NCBI RefSeq assembly: GCF_009914755.1 | Contig: NC_060935.1 | Length of the DNA: 64,000 nucleotides | Source: the human T2T-CHM13v2.0 reference genome, Homo sapiens | Strand: one strand, 5' to 3' | In this document: positions 50,745 through 64,000 of the stretch, in pieces | How the letters are laid out: every line of letters begins with the position of its first letter | Position numbering within the stretch: the stretch's first letter is position 1 | Notes under the pieces: generated by a model | What the model saw: the letters and a program-made list of their open reading frames with translations, nothing else | Told to the model about the DNA's origin: nothing | Database searches by the model: none | Program-made: the position numbers and the translations under genes

Positions 50745-53700
50745 TTTTCTTCTTAGTCAACTGAATTATTTTTTTCCATTTTTTGTCTTGCCACTTTTAA
50801 TGCACACATGAGAGGCCCTAAAATAACTTCTGGTAGCCTGCGACTCCTTGGGAAAAACAGAGGAGGCACCATAGACCTCGTTTTGGAAAAAAAACAACAA
50901 CAAAAAGCAAACAAAAAGAAACCGCTCTGTTTTCTTCCCGAAACCCCAGGAATTAACAGTAGATAGATCCCTATCAAAATCAAAGGCTCTATTCTGTTTT
51001 GCATTGTGTTATCTGACAGTTTGAGTTTTGGGGGGATCAGAAATTACTTTGCATTATGAGAGAGCTTTGGTATGTAATAACTAGGTAGGAAATATATTTA
51101 ATGGATGGCCAAGAGTATTTTTGGAGGCATACTTGGCTCTTTGCACACTTGGATTAGAGAAACATGCACTTGGACACCTGGAAGATATGGAAACATCCTT
51201 ACCCTTGACTGAGAGATGAGATTGCCATGGGGGATGGGCTGATTTCAAAATGGGCTGATTGGCTTTAGGTTGCCTTGCAACAAAATGCAGGGTAGAAGCA
51301 CCACACTGTCTTCTCTGGTAGTATTTTCCTCCTTTTGGGGATCAAGCATCCAGTATAAAATGACACCCTTAATTCTGGAGATCTGTCTTTCCCTTCAGCT
51401 GTGGCTGCTTATTTAGCTCAGAAAAAAATGCATGCTTTCCTGACCCTGTTCCTCCAAGGGCTCCACCCTGAAGCTAGTAATCCAATTTAAAGCTGGCAAA
51501 TGAAAAATCTTACAAGCCCGGAGTTTTCTGTCCATGTATTTATATAAACTTCTGTAATTCTGATATTATTTAGTGTACATTATTAGTAATTATCATTGTT
51601 ATGTAAAATTGTGGGATGCCACAGAAGTAAGCCAAATTCCTAGTCAATTATAACTTTAATAGTGTCTATAGGCTTTTGTCATCAACAGATATTTTGTCTT
51701 GCTTTGGTCCTTTTCAAATGGCAGTTTATAATCAGATATAGGACTTTGAATGCAGGTGTCAGATAACTTTAAAAATTGTGCTATTGGAATGGAGGAAAAA
51801 ATGAAACTTCTAGGACTCTCATGAAGACCTTATATGTTAAATATCACTAATCCTTTTGTTTTCAGAGTCAAGATAACTTATTTCTTTAGAGCTATTTGCA
51901 ACTTTTAACAAGTGAGTAAAATATGCTCTGGTGAAAAAATTTTGAACCATCTTTGTTTCTCTCTATCTGATTTCTCCAGAATTTGGAAGCTATTTGTAAG
52001 TATTCACAATTTATGGGAGCATAGTTAATTGCATAAGTGCAATAAGATTTTTTGTTTTTTTTTTTTTTTTTTTTGTAACAGGACACAATCGGAGAAATTG
52101 GTTGTTTTATCAAGGCTTTGACTGGAATGCTGTGCTTCTTTTAAAGAATCGAAGTTGACTCATAGAAACAATGAAATCCCTTGGGGAATCTGGCTTCATA
52201 CCTTGTCTACACAGAGTCCTTGTACAAGTTTCTTGATCTCTGGTAAGTGAAGAATATCACTGTCTAACAGGTTCAGGAGCTCCAATTTATCTTGGGACCT
52301 TGAGAGGAGAGGAATTTACCCAACTCATAGGTATTTGAGTGTACGAACGCATGGCTGGACTCGGCTCTTGAAAAGTCTTACCTGAGATTGCTCATGGAAC
52401 AGAGTTCCATCAAAGCCAATTTAAACAAAAAACAGCCTAACTGAAAAATAATTATCTGTTGCACCTTATGCAAATAATCAGGTCAAGTACAGTAAGACTA
52501 AAGCTTATTTTTGTAAACAAATTATTTCTATCATAATTTGTTCTTAATAAAAATGAGTCTGGAAAGAGAAAAATTATGCTTTGAAAGAAAATCTATAATA
52601 CACCTGTTGTTAGCTGTCCTTGAGGTTTTTTTTTTCTGCAATTTGGAATAAATCCCAAAATATTTGTGGATTAGAAGTCTCTAAACTAGTGCTTTCAAAT
52701 CTTTCCTTTTAAAATTCTTTTTAGAATCTTTCCTTTTAAAATTGAGAATTGTACTCCTTATCCTAGGATTTGTTTTATACCTTACAGGAGGCTGTTCTCT
52801 TGAATACTGTAGGAAACCTACAAGGACAATACTAATGTTTTTGCCATGTAAGCATTGGAAGCCCAGCCAGGCCTGCATAAGTATGGTCTGGCAGTTGCAA
52901 AGCAGTTCCAGTCTTCTCACCTTGGGGTTCACTCCAATTTCCACTATGTCCCCTGTCAGCAGATGGAAGCCAGTGTGATCAACAGCCTTTTCCCATCTTC
53001 ATAGCCTACATCTTAAGATTAAGCTGTTATAAAACCCAAAGGAAGGGATTGAAACCGCCTTTATAATATTGCAACTGAGGAAATTATGACAGTGAAAGAA
53101 ATCAGACCTAACCAACTCCATCTTGCTTCTAACACTTAAGCTGTCCTTCTTCATTCATGGGCATAGGCTGAACTAACTTTGGGAAGGAATTCAGTTCATG
53201 GTCTGACTCTGAAACAAAATTGATTACAGTCCTTTCCCAAAAAGACCCCTTCTTGCCTGGGGTCCAGTCTGCCTTTGCAGGACTAACAAATTAGCTACAA
53301 GATTAAAAATTACAATTTAAGGGTCATGCAACCTCTGGCTCCTAGAGTCTGAACGTCCCCAACATGCTCTGGGGATAATATCACTATTGTGAAACCTAAG
53401 ATCAGCACTTAAGATATTTTTCAGACACTGCACTCAGTGGATCAGCTGACACCACCCCGACCCATAATCTAACTCAACCAGGCTGCCATAGCACCCAGGA
53501 AGAGAAGACAGCAAGAAAACCTCACTTTGACACCCTATGATTCCATCTCCCACCTAACTAATCAGCACTCCCTACTTCCCTAGCCCTTACCTGCCAAATT
53601 ATCTTTAAACATTCTGATTTCTGAATGCTCGGGGAGACTGATTCAAGTAATAACAAAACTCTGATCACCCACACAGCCGGCTGTGAGTCAATTACTGTTT

Positions 53701-53777
53701 CCTGATTGCAATTCCCCTACCCTAACAAATCAGCTCTGTCTAAGCAGTGGGCAAGGTGAACCCATTGAACAGTAACA
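50745..53777 (+). mobile_element. 5'-truncated ERV1 (MER4-group) internal region plus LTR8-type 3' LTR (53050-53777)
   Basis: PPT aaaggaagggat|TGAAACCGCCTTT...gacagtgaaagaaatcagacctaaccaactccatcttg...gggcaaggtgaacccattgaacagtaaCA. Confidence 0.85.
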
Positions 53778-53827
53778 AATTCTTAATAGCAAACCAGGTG
53801 AGTTTGATTTCATTTAACAGATGATAA

Positions 53828-54250
<423 letters not shown>

Positions 54251-56461
54251 ATTCAGGAATATCTAATGATCATCATTTCTTAAAACTTACTCTGCTAGTA
54301 TTAGGGGTACCATTTTGGAAACATGTTTGTACACTTTAAAGCTTGCAGTCAAGTGGATAGATATGCAAATAAGTAAAATGAAACATTTTATAAGAATGTA
54401 CATAATGAGCAGATACTCAATAAAAGCATAGGTAAAGCGTGTCGTAGGTGGAAGATAGCTCTCCAGAGAAGAGAGGGCTGGGCACTGAAACCAGAAGGAC
54501 TAGTAGGAATTTGTCCAGTGAACAACTGTGGGTTGGTCTCCTGGCAGAGAGCAGTGTGGGAAGAAGCACAAAGGCTTGAATGTCTGGTATAACCACAAAA
54601 CTGGGAGAGCTGGGCTTTAGAAGGAATATAAATGTGAAGCCAGGACTGAAGTAGGAGTGATCAGAGGCAGGGCAAGTATTTGAAGATGTTTGCAGAAAGG
54701 TAGAGTAATGGCAGAGTTTGAGAGTCACGCCAACCTGAGATCACTCCTCTCAACAGACTTTTGACCTAAAGCATATTTTGAAGGCATTCTCTAAGTATCC
54801 CCTTCAACTATAATATGGCAATAATAGCACAACTGTATTGATTGGTTTTAAATATTAAACCAGAGAGAGTACATTAAATAGCTATCATATGGTAAGTATT
54901 TTTTAAAGAAATGGTTATTACAGATTATTTTTTGTTATAATAATCACTGAATGAAAGCTGCAGTGGTAATAAAAATGGAAGGAATCAATTAGAGGAAAAA
55001 ACTCATCAGGACCATAGTTTAGGCTCCCGGTAAAGTGATGTAATGCTTAAACACATTATAGGATACAATTCCTCAGGAGTTTAAGGTAACAATAGCTGAC
55101 TACACTTAGTTGTTTATAATTACCAGATCATGACTTGTTTTTGACTAGTGGCTTTCAATTTTTCCCATCTATTATCTAATGATCCTTTGATTCTGGAGAT
55201 TAAGTTAAATGTTGTGAGGTGAGACATAAACCCCGGATAGAATTGCTCTATAGGGAGAATCAAAGTAATAAAGAAACTCAACAACAAAGAAATATGAGTG
55301 AAGTAAATACAGTAATTTTGTTATGAAGCTGAAATAATGCTTTATAGGGATTAATGGAGAAATGAATACACATGTTTCAGAAGGTAGAAAAACTTGTCTG
55401 AAAGTTCAGATTTTTTTAAAAAAAGGCAATAAGGAGCCACAGTATGTCCCTGAGCAAAGTTAATTACATTAATAGATCACTAGCAGATAAGCAGAGAGAG
55501 TTAAATAACTGGTCAACTTTATTAATAACTCTAATCTGTAGACAAACCTATGCCAGGTCAGTTCCATAAGAATTATCTGCAGATCTTCAAAAGGCAATAA
55601 ATGCCTGCAGGATATTTAAGACTGAGCTATTCAGAGTGAGGAAGGGGGTAGTGATCAGACTTTTTAAATATGATTACAGATTACTGTGATATGTTATAAG
55701 GTTTAGAATCCACTGATCTAGTCCAATTTCTCCCTTTTCCTATGAGGAGAATGAAGCCAAAGAAGTGTTATGACCTGCTGGAATACTGGCTGCCTAAGTA
55801 ACTCATGACTATCCCTTAGGCTTTTTCAGCGTCGTTATGTAAGACAGGAGACCCGAAAGTTGTGTGCAGAATGGATCGGAGAGTTAAGTCCTGGAGAGAG
55901 GGAGACCACTTAAAAACAACAACAGCAACAACCACACAAATGTGATAGTTACCTATGAAATATTGCATTAAAGTAGTCAGTACCGCGACCAGAGAAAGGG
56001 GTAAAAATGGAATCACTTTAAACAGACCAAGGATATAATTCACAATAAGAGATGGCAAAGAGGTTAACAATTCAGAGGCTCTCAGGTCTGATTCGGGGAG
56101 GAATGTTTATGATCTGGGCAATTAATTTGGAATCAAGAGAAAGATTTCAGAGTGCATTTTGCAACTTCTAGACTTGTCTCACACAAATAACTTCCTCTAC
56201 CTTTCTTTACCCTCCCTTTGATTACCAGAAGCTGAAAGAAAGGAATTAACTTCTTTCTGGCTCTAAGACCTCTGGAAAACTATGATCTCCTTCAGTATCT
56301 CTAACACCAGGTCCTGTGATTCAAACTACGCACAACCAGTAAGAAAAAGAATTCAGCATGCATGCTAATGGCTCACCTCCTTTCTTATGTTTATTACACA
56401 TCAATAAATCAAGTGTTTTCTAAGATCCTACTACCAAGTTCCTAGTCAGAAAAGGAATCAC

Positions 56462-56545
56462 CTGCCATAGGTAACAGCCTGTGTTCTTTCCTACAGCATT
56501 GAAAAGAGCCTCAGACTAAGAAATGAAAGGAAACTGTGTATTTCT
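56462..56545 (-). other. Orphan CASP4/CASP5-type exon 1 (5'UTR + ATGGCAG + GT donor)
   Basis: Minus strand ...TCTGAGGCTCTTTTCAATGCTGTAGGAAAGAACACAGGCTGTTACCTATGGCAG|gtgatt closely resembles the CASP4/CASP5 mRNA 5' end as recalled; IRF-like gaaatgaaaggaaact at ~56521-56536. Confidence 0.75.
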
Positions 56546-56749
56546 TTATTGTAAAGGGCAGAAACGTGCAATTACAGATTGTGAAACTGCTGCTTAGAAT
56601 TCCAGGCTCATTGTAAGGAAGTGCCTTGTCGTCAGCAAGTTGACATCCAAGTACTGGAACTTAGTTTCTTCCTGTGGGAGGAAAAAAAAAGAAAATGACA
56701 AAACATTGTCCTGTGGGTTGACACCTCAGCCTGTTTCTTTTCCTTGTTT

Positions 56750-59700
56750 CCTGTGGCCCCCCTACTTACTCTATCCATCTGTCTCTTCTCTTCCTGATCT
56801 CTCAGTTTTTCTTTCTCTGATCACAAAGAACCACAATGACTGAAGGAGTTTAATCTAACAAGTCTTCTTTCGTTTCCTCATAAGAATTAACCAAATAGTT
56901 CATATTTCCTGCTTAAACTGTGTTGATGAATCCTCACGATGTCTTCCCCTCTCTGTCTCCCTATGGTCTTAACCTTTTATTGGAGATAGTGCTGAGAGAA
57001 CCCTCTTCTCTACTCCCTGGCATGCTTTCCTTTTACTAACTAAGATGGTCATAACATTTAATTTTTACCGAGGGTGAAAGTTCACCTTTGCTTTTTGATA
57101 TCCCCTGAATGAAAGCTGATTGTAGAAGGAGGCTCAAGCTGTAGTAGAATTAATGTGTGATTATACAAAAGAGATATGCGCAGAAGAACAGTAAGTAAAA
57201 AGAGAAAGCAAAAGGCAAGGGATGACCGAGAAGAAACAGCTCTGGTTTGCAGCTCCAGCAGAGGAAAATACACAAGGCAAGTGATTTTTGCATTTCAAAC
57301 TGAGGTACCCAAATCCTCTCACTGGGACTATCTAGGCAGTTAGTGCAACCTACAGAAAGCAAGGAGAGGCAGTGTGGGCGGCAGTTCACCCAGGAGCTAC
57401 ATGGGACAAAGGGACCTCCTTCCTTCAGGCAAGGGAGGCAGTGAGGGACTCTGCTACCCACCCGGGGTACTATTTTTTCCAGAATTTTTGCAATCCAGGG
57501 CTCAGGAGATCCCCTCGTGAGCATATACCATCAGGGCCTTGGGTCTCAACACAAAACTGGGCAGACCCACGGCTGCTGTTCTGGTTGGCAGCTGTTTGGG
57601 CAGGCACTGAGCTGCAGGAGTTTTTACACAGTCCAGCAGCTCCTGGAACTCTAGTGAGGCAGGAGTCCCATCCACACCCATGGAAAGGGGGCTGAAGCCA
57701 GGGAGCAAAATGGCCTCGCTCAGCATGTCCACTCTCACAGAAGCCTGCAAGCTTAGATCCACTGGATTAGAATCCCCACTACCCAGCATAGCAGCTTAGA
57801 TTAGGCCTAAAATGACCGAAGTCCTCAAGGGAGGGGCGACTGCTGTTACTGCAGCTCTAGTAAGCGGTTTTCCCCTCCCAGTGCTAGGGAGGCTGGGCAG
57901 ATCGGACTGGGCAGCAGTCTTCACAGTGCAGCACAGCCCCTGGAGCAGATCATGGCCAGACTGCTTCTTGAGGTGGGACCGGGATCCATCCCTCCTCACT
58001 GGGCAAGGCATCCTTGCAGGAATTCCAGCAACTCCAGCCAGGAGTTTACAGACAAAGCTCTCATTTCCCTGGGACAGAGCACCTGTGGGGAGGGGTGGCT
58101 GTGGTCTCAGATTCAGCCAACTTAATCTTTCCTGCCTGCTGGCTCTGAAGAGTATCAGAGATCCAGACAAGGGGGATTCCCCCAGCCCACTGCACCATCT
58201 CTGCTAAGGGATAGCCAGACTCCTTCCTAAAGTTGTTTCCTGATCCTGGGCCTCCTGAGTGGGTTAGACCTTTCAACAGGGGTTGCCAGACACCTTATGC
58301 AGGAGAGTTCCAACAGGCATCAGGTAAGTGCCTCTCTGGGACGAAGCTTCCATAGAAAGGAGCAGGCAGCAATCTTTGCTGTTCTGCAGCCTCCATCGAT
58401 GATACCCAGGTGAACAGTATCTGTAGTGGACCCCCAGCGAATTGCAGCAGACCTGCAGAAGAGGGGACTGACTGCTAGAAGAAAAACAAAAAACGAAAGC
58501 AACAATAACAACAGCATCAACAAAAAAGACCCTACAAAAATCCCATCCAAAGGTCAACAGCTTCAAAGATTAAAGGTAGATAAATCCACAAAGATGATGA
58601 AAAACCAGTGCAAGACCGCTGAAAATTCCAAAAGCTGGAATGCCTTTTCTTCTCAAATGATTTCAGCATTTCTTCAGCAAGAGCACACAACAGGGCTGAA
58701 GCTGAGATGGATGAACTGACAGAAGTAGGTATCAGAAACTGAGTAATGACAAACTTTGCTGAGCTAAAGGATTATGTTCTAACCCAATGCAAAGAAGCCA
58801 AAAACCATGATAAAAGATTACAGGAAATGTTAATTAGAATAACCAGTTTAGAGAGGAATACAAATGACCTGTTGGAGCTGAGAAACACAGCATGAGAGCT
58901 TCATGATGCAAACACAAGTATTAATAGCTGAATCAACCAGGCAGAAGAAAGAATATCAGAGCTTGAATACTACTTTTCTGAAATAAGGCAGGCAGACGAG
59001 ATTAGAGAAAAAAATATAAAAGCAATGAACAATACCTTCCAGAGCTATGGGACTATGTAAAAAGACCAAACCTATGACTGATTGAAGTACCCAAAAGAGA
59101 TAGGGAGAATGGAATCAAGTTGAAGAACATACTTCAGGATATCATCCAGGAGAACATCCTTAACCTAGAAAGACAGACCAACATTCAAATTCAGGAAATT
59201 CAGACAACCCCAGTAAGATACTCCACAAGAAGATCAATCCCAAGACACATAATCATCAGATTCTCTAAGGTTGAAATGAAGGAAAAAATGTTAAGGGCAG
59301 CCAGAGAGAGAGGCCAGGTCACCTTCAAAGGGAAGCCCATCAGACTAGCAGCGGACTTCTCAGCAGAAACTCTACAAGCCAGAAAATACTGGGGACCAAT
59401 AGTCAACATTCATAAAGAAAATAATTTCCAACCCAGAATTTTGTATCTGGCCAAACTAAGCTGCATAAGTGAAGAAGAAATAAAATCCTTTTCAGACAAG
59501 CAAATGCTGAGAGATTTTGTCGCCACCAGGCTAAATGCCCCAATTAAAAGACACAGAATATGGCAAGCTGGATAAAAAGACAGGACCCATCAGTATGTTG
59601 TATTCAAGAGACACTGTGGCTGGGAATGTAAATTAGTTCAACCATTGTGGAAGAGTGTGTGGTGATTCATCAAAGATTAAAACCAGAAATATCATTTGAC

Positions 59701-61540
59701 ACAGAAATACCATTACTGGGTAAATACCCAGAGGAATATAAATCATTCTATTATAAAGATATATTACATGCATGCATGTGTTCATTGCAGCACTAGTCAC
59801 AATAGCAAAGACATGAAATCAACCCAAATGTCCATCAATGATAGGCTGGATAGAGAAAATGTGGCACATATACACCATGGAATACTATGCAGCCATACAA
59901 AAGAATGAGATCATGTCCTTTGCAGGGTCAAGGATGAAGCTGGAAGCCATTATCCTCAGCAGACTAATGCAGGAACAGAAAAACAAACAATACATGTTCT
60001 CACTTATAAGTGGGAGCTGAACAATGAGAACACATGGACACAGGGAAGGGAACAACACACACCGGGGTCAGAGAAGAGGATGGGAGCTGGGGGAGACCAT
60101 TAGGGAAAAGAGCTAATGAATGCCTGGCTTAATAAATAGGTGATGGTTGATCTGTGCAGCAGCAAACCACCATGGCACACGTTTACCTATGTAACAAACC
60201 TGCACATCCTGCACTTGTATTCCAGAACTTAAAAAATAATAATTCATAAAATGGCAGTATGATGATCATCATTGAAGGATTTCAAGAGGTCAGAAATTCA
60301 CATTCACTTTTATTGAGTTTAGGATTAGAAAAGGCTCATGATTGCAATTCAACTTGTAGTTCTTCCAGTTCTTCAAAATCTTTACATCACTGAGTGACTG
60401 ATTTAAACCCAAACTATTTTCTCCTGCACAATGCAGGTGCATAATTTTGCATTCAATGCACTGTAGTGTTTCTTCAGAGTCTCATGCTCTATCTGCTATT
60501 ACTTTTATATTTGTTGATTGTGAGAAGACTGTGAAATATTAGGGATCTAGGTTTTAATCAAAATTTATTTTGTATTTCTCAACACCCTTAGCAAAGGTTA
60601 GAAATATGCAGATTCTCTTCATGGATTTGTCAATAGTAAACTCTGGGATTTGGAAAAATGTCCCTTTTCACATCATGCTCTCACTATCATAACTGTCTTC
60701 CTTCTCCCCACCTCTCCTGCTGAGTTCTAAATTCTTCAAAGTTATGTACTTACTATAATTTAGATCTGTATTCCCAAAGCAGAAAGCCCTGAAAATGGTA
60801 TTCTGAAGGAAAAAATGGTGCTATTAGCCAGTTCGGGTCTTATGAATCAAGTCTGAAGACTCTAAATCCATTACCTGCTCTAAGTTTCATCTTTTTTTTT
60901 CCAGTGTGGTAAAAAACATAGGACATTTTCATTTTTATATCAGACTTAATGGAATGCTTGTGGAACTGTGTGTTTTTGAACAGACACGACTCAAAAAGCA
61001 GGGGCATAAAGAGAGAATTCTTTGCCTCCTCTGGGGAAAAGAAATAAAGCAAACATTTTTAAAAGTTCCACTAAAAGATATGCTACTTATAGTGTCATAC
61101 CACCAATGGGGCTATACACATTCTGAAAAGTAAAGAGCCCATGCTGTATCTAGATTTTCCCCGGCTGAAATGAGAGAGAAAAACCTATAAGTGAGCATTT
61201 GTGATCTTATTACCACCTCAGAAATCAACATCAACTGACCCTCAAAAGGAATAGTTTAAGCAATGAACTTTGAGAGAAGAACAGTGCACTCTGCACTGAG
61301 CAGAAGGAAGGTGTTCTTTCAGTATTCCCTGTTTATTATACTATGGGTAGAATATCTCTTTTCCAAAATGCTGGGTGCTGGGGACACAAAATATTTTGGA
61401 TTTCAGACTTTTCTGAATTTTGGAATATCTACATTACACTTACTAGTTGGGCATTCCTGATCCCAAAACCTAAAATCAGAAATACTTCAATAAGCATTTC
61501 CTTTGAATATCATGTCAACACTCAAAAAGTTTTCGATTTT
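56750..61540 (-). pseudogene. Diverged 3' end (last-exon homolog ~60950-61030, intron 9 part, downstream flank) of a fourth CASP1-like copy, split by an L1
   Basis: 56750-57210 aligns to 36732-36880 plus 37690-37980 and to 475-770; 60290-61540 aligns to 840-2180 and 38030-39280, including the Tigger4a copy; the coding exons must lie beyond the window (probably the CARD17 region). Confidence 0.75.
57213..60245 (+). mobile_element. L1PA (older primate) with 5'UTR, ORF1 remnant, two large internal deletions and 3'UTR
   Basis: ORF 59120..59575 is L1 ORF1p (RHIIIRFSKVEMKEKMLRAARERGQVTFKGKPIRL); ORF2 C-terminus WIEKMWHIYTMEYYAAI; 3' A-rich end. Confidence 0.93.
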
Positions 61541-64000
61541 GTTCAACAAAATACTAGTAAACTGAATACAGCAGCACATCAAAAAGTTAACTCACCACAA
61601 TCCAGTGCACTTCATTCCCATAATGCAAGATTGATTCAACATACACAAGTCAATAAATGTGATTCACCACATAAGCAGGATTTAAAACAAAAAAGCAGAC
61701 ACAGAAAAGCTGTTTATAGAATGCAACATCCCTTTATGATAAAAAACCCTCAACAAATTAGGCAACAAAGGGAACAGACCCCAAAATAATAAGAGACAAC
61801 TATGACAAACCCATAGCCAAACATCTGAAAGATTTCCCTTTGAAAACCAGCACAAGACAAGGATGCCCTCTCTCAACACAACTATTCCACATAGTCTTGG
61901 AAGTCCTAGCCAGAGTGATCAGACAATGGAAGGAAATAAAAGGCATCCAAATAGGAAAAGAAGAAGTCAAACTGTCCTCCAATGTACAAAATTCAGTAGC
62001 ACTTCTGTACACCAAAACTGTCGAAGCTGAGAGCCAAATCAAGAACTCACCTCAATTGCAGTAGCCAAAAAAGGAAAAGAAAATACCCAGGAATATTCCA
62101 AAAGATCTCTACAAGGAGAACTACAAAACACTAAAATCAGGTATGACACAAACAAATGGGAAAACATTCCATGCTCACAGAGTAAAAGAATCAATACCAT
62201 TAAAATGGCCATCTGCCCAAGGCAATCCACAGATTCAGTGTTATTCCTATCAAATGATTAATGCCATTTTTCACAGAGTGAAAAATAAAAACAATTCTAA
62301 AATTCATGTGGAACCAGTGAAGAGCCTGAATAGCCAAAGCCACCCTAAGCAACAAAAACAAAGCTGGAGGCATTACCTTACCTGACTTCAATCTGTACTA
62401 TAAGGCTACAGTAACAAAAACAGTGTGGTCCTCGTACAAAAACAGACACATAGACTAATAGACAAAATGAAAAACTTAGAAATAAAGCTGTATGCCATCT
62501 TTTCTTTGACAATGTGGACAAAAATAAGCAATGGGGAATGGACTCCCTATTCAATAAATGGTGCTAAGACAGAATGAGAGAACATATTTACAATGTATCC
62601 AACAAAGGTCCAATATCCAGAACCTGTAAGTAACTAAACCAACTCAGCAGGAAAAAATAAGTAACCCTATTAAAAAGTAGGTGAAAGACATGAACAAACA
62701 TTTCTCAAAACAAGACAAACAAGTAGCAAAAAATGTATGAAAAAATTTTCAACATCACTAATCATCAGAGAAAAACGAACCAAAATCACCATAAAGCACC
62801 ATGTCACACCAATCAGAATGGCTATTAATAAAACACCCATAGTATATCATTGGTCATCATGTATAATAGTTTTTATAGTTGCTGGATTCAGTTTTTTAGA
62901 ATTTTTGATAATTTTATTTGTGAATTTATTAGATATAATTTTTTAATTTCTGGGATTAATGTGCAGCATGTGCAGGTTTGTGACTTAGGTAAACGTGTAC
63001 CATGGTGGTTTGCTACACAGACCAATCTATCACCTAGTTATTAAGCCAAGCATGCATTAGATATTTTTCCTAATGCTCTCCCTCCCTTCAAATCCCCCTG
63101 TCAGGCCCCAGTGTGTGTTGTTCTCCTCCATGTGTTCATGTGTTCTCATTGTTCAGCTCCCACTTATAAGTGAGGACATGCAGTGTTTGGTTTTCTGTTT
63201 CTGTGCCAGTTTTCTGAGGATAATTGCTACCAGGTAATTCATGTCTCTGCAAAGGACATGATCTTATCCTTCTTTATGGTTGCATAGTATTAGATGGCAT
63301 ATATGTACCACATTTTCTTTATCCAGTCTATCGCTGATGGGCATTTGGGTTGATTCCAGTCTTTGCTATTGTGAAGTTCTGATATCAAGTTAATATTGGT
63401 CTCACAGAATAAATTGAGAAGTGTTTTCTCCTTTTATTTTTTGTGTGAAAATAAAAGTCAAAAAATAACAGATGCTGGCAACACTGTGAAGAGAAAGCAA
63501 TGCCTGTACAATATTGGTGGAAACCTGAATTAGTTCAGCACTGTGGGAAGTAGATTGGAGATTTTCATACCCAAAAGAATATAAATCATTCTATTACAAA
63601 GATAAATGGAAGCGTATTTTCACTGCAGCACTGTTCACAATAGCAAAGACGTGGAATCAACCTAAATGCCCATCAGTGATAGATAGGAATAAGAAAGGGT
63701 GGTATGTATACATCATGGAATACTGTGCAGCTACATCATGGAACATCATGCTGGAATACTATGCAGCCATAAAAAGAAATCAGATCATGTCCTTCCCAAG
63801 AACATGGATGGAGGTGGAAGCCATTATCCTCAACAAACTAATGCAGGAACAGAAAAGCAAACACCTCATGTTCTCACTTAAAGTGGGAACTGAACAATGA
63901 GAACACATTTACATAGCAAAGAGAACAACACATGCTAGGGCCTATGAGGGGGTCAGGGGAAGGGAGGGCATCAGGAAGAATAGCTGATGGATTCTGGGTT
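61541..64000 (+). mobile_element. Mosaic of L1 ORF2/3' fragments (plus), with a nested minus-strand L1 3' end at ~62935-63375
   Basis: RT-region remnant [42 protein letters not shown]; MEYYAAIKRN; reverse 3'UTR. Confidence 0.9.

Noticed and set aside
57082-60020. Dense ORFs up to 151 aa
   Set aside because: L1 5'UTR and ORF1/ORF2 remnants with stops and deletions; not a host gene or an active L1.

Overview
Primate (human-like) inflammatory caspase cluster, matching the chr11q22.3 organisation. All genes are on the minus strand. Left to right: (1) a complete CASP1 gene (9 coding exons, 1215 nt/404 aa, plus a 3'UTR exon); (2) its partial duplicate CARD16 (COP/Pseudo-ICE; 97-aa and 197-aa isoforms reconstructed); (3) a three-exon CASP4/CASP5-like relic at 31.7-36.7 kb; (4) a full-length CASP1 duplicate, most likely CASP1P2, with a dead protease part but an intact promoter, exon 1 and CARD exon; (5) an orphan CASP4/5-type exon 1 with promoter at 56.5 kb; (6) the diverged 3' end of a fourth CASP1-like copy that continues past the right edge. 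The window reads as a tandem array of [CASP1-like + CASP4/5-like] units, interspersed with THE1, Tigger2, Tigger4a, LTR8/ERV1, MLT1, L1 and Alu elements. The most interesting lead is the CASP1P2-like copy, which looks like a possible unrecognised CARD-only (COP/INCA-like) gene: it has lost 5 of 9 splice acceptors while keeping all 9 donors, carries a TATA box the other copies lack, and retains IRF and p53 elements. All alignments were done by eye; gene names and repeat subfamilies come from recalled sequences, not database searches.
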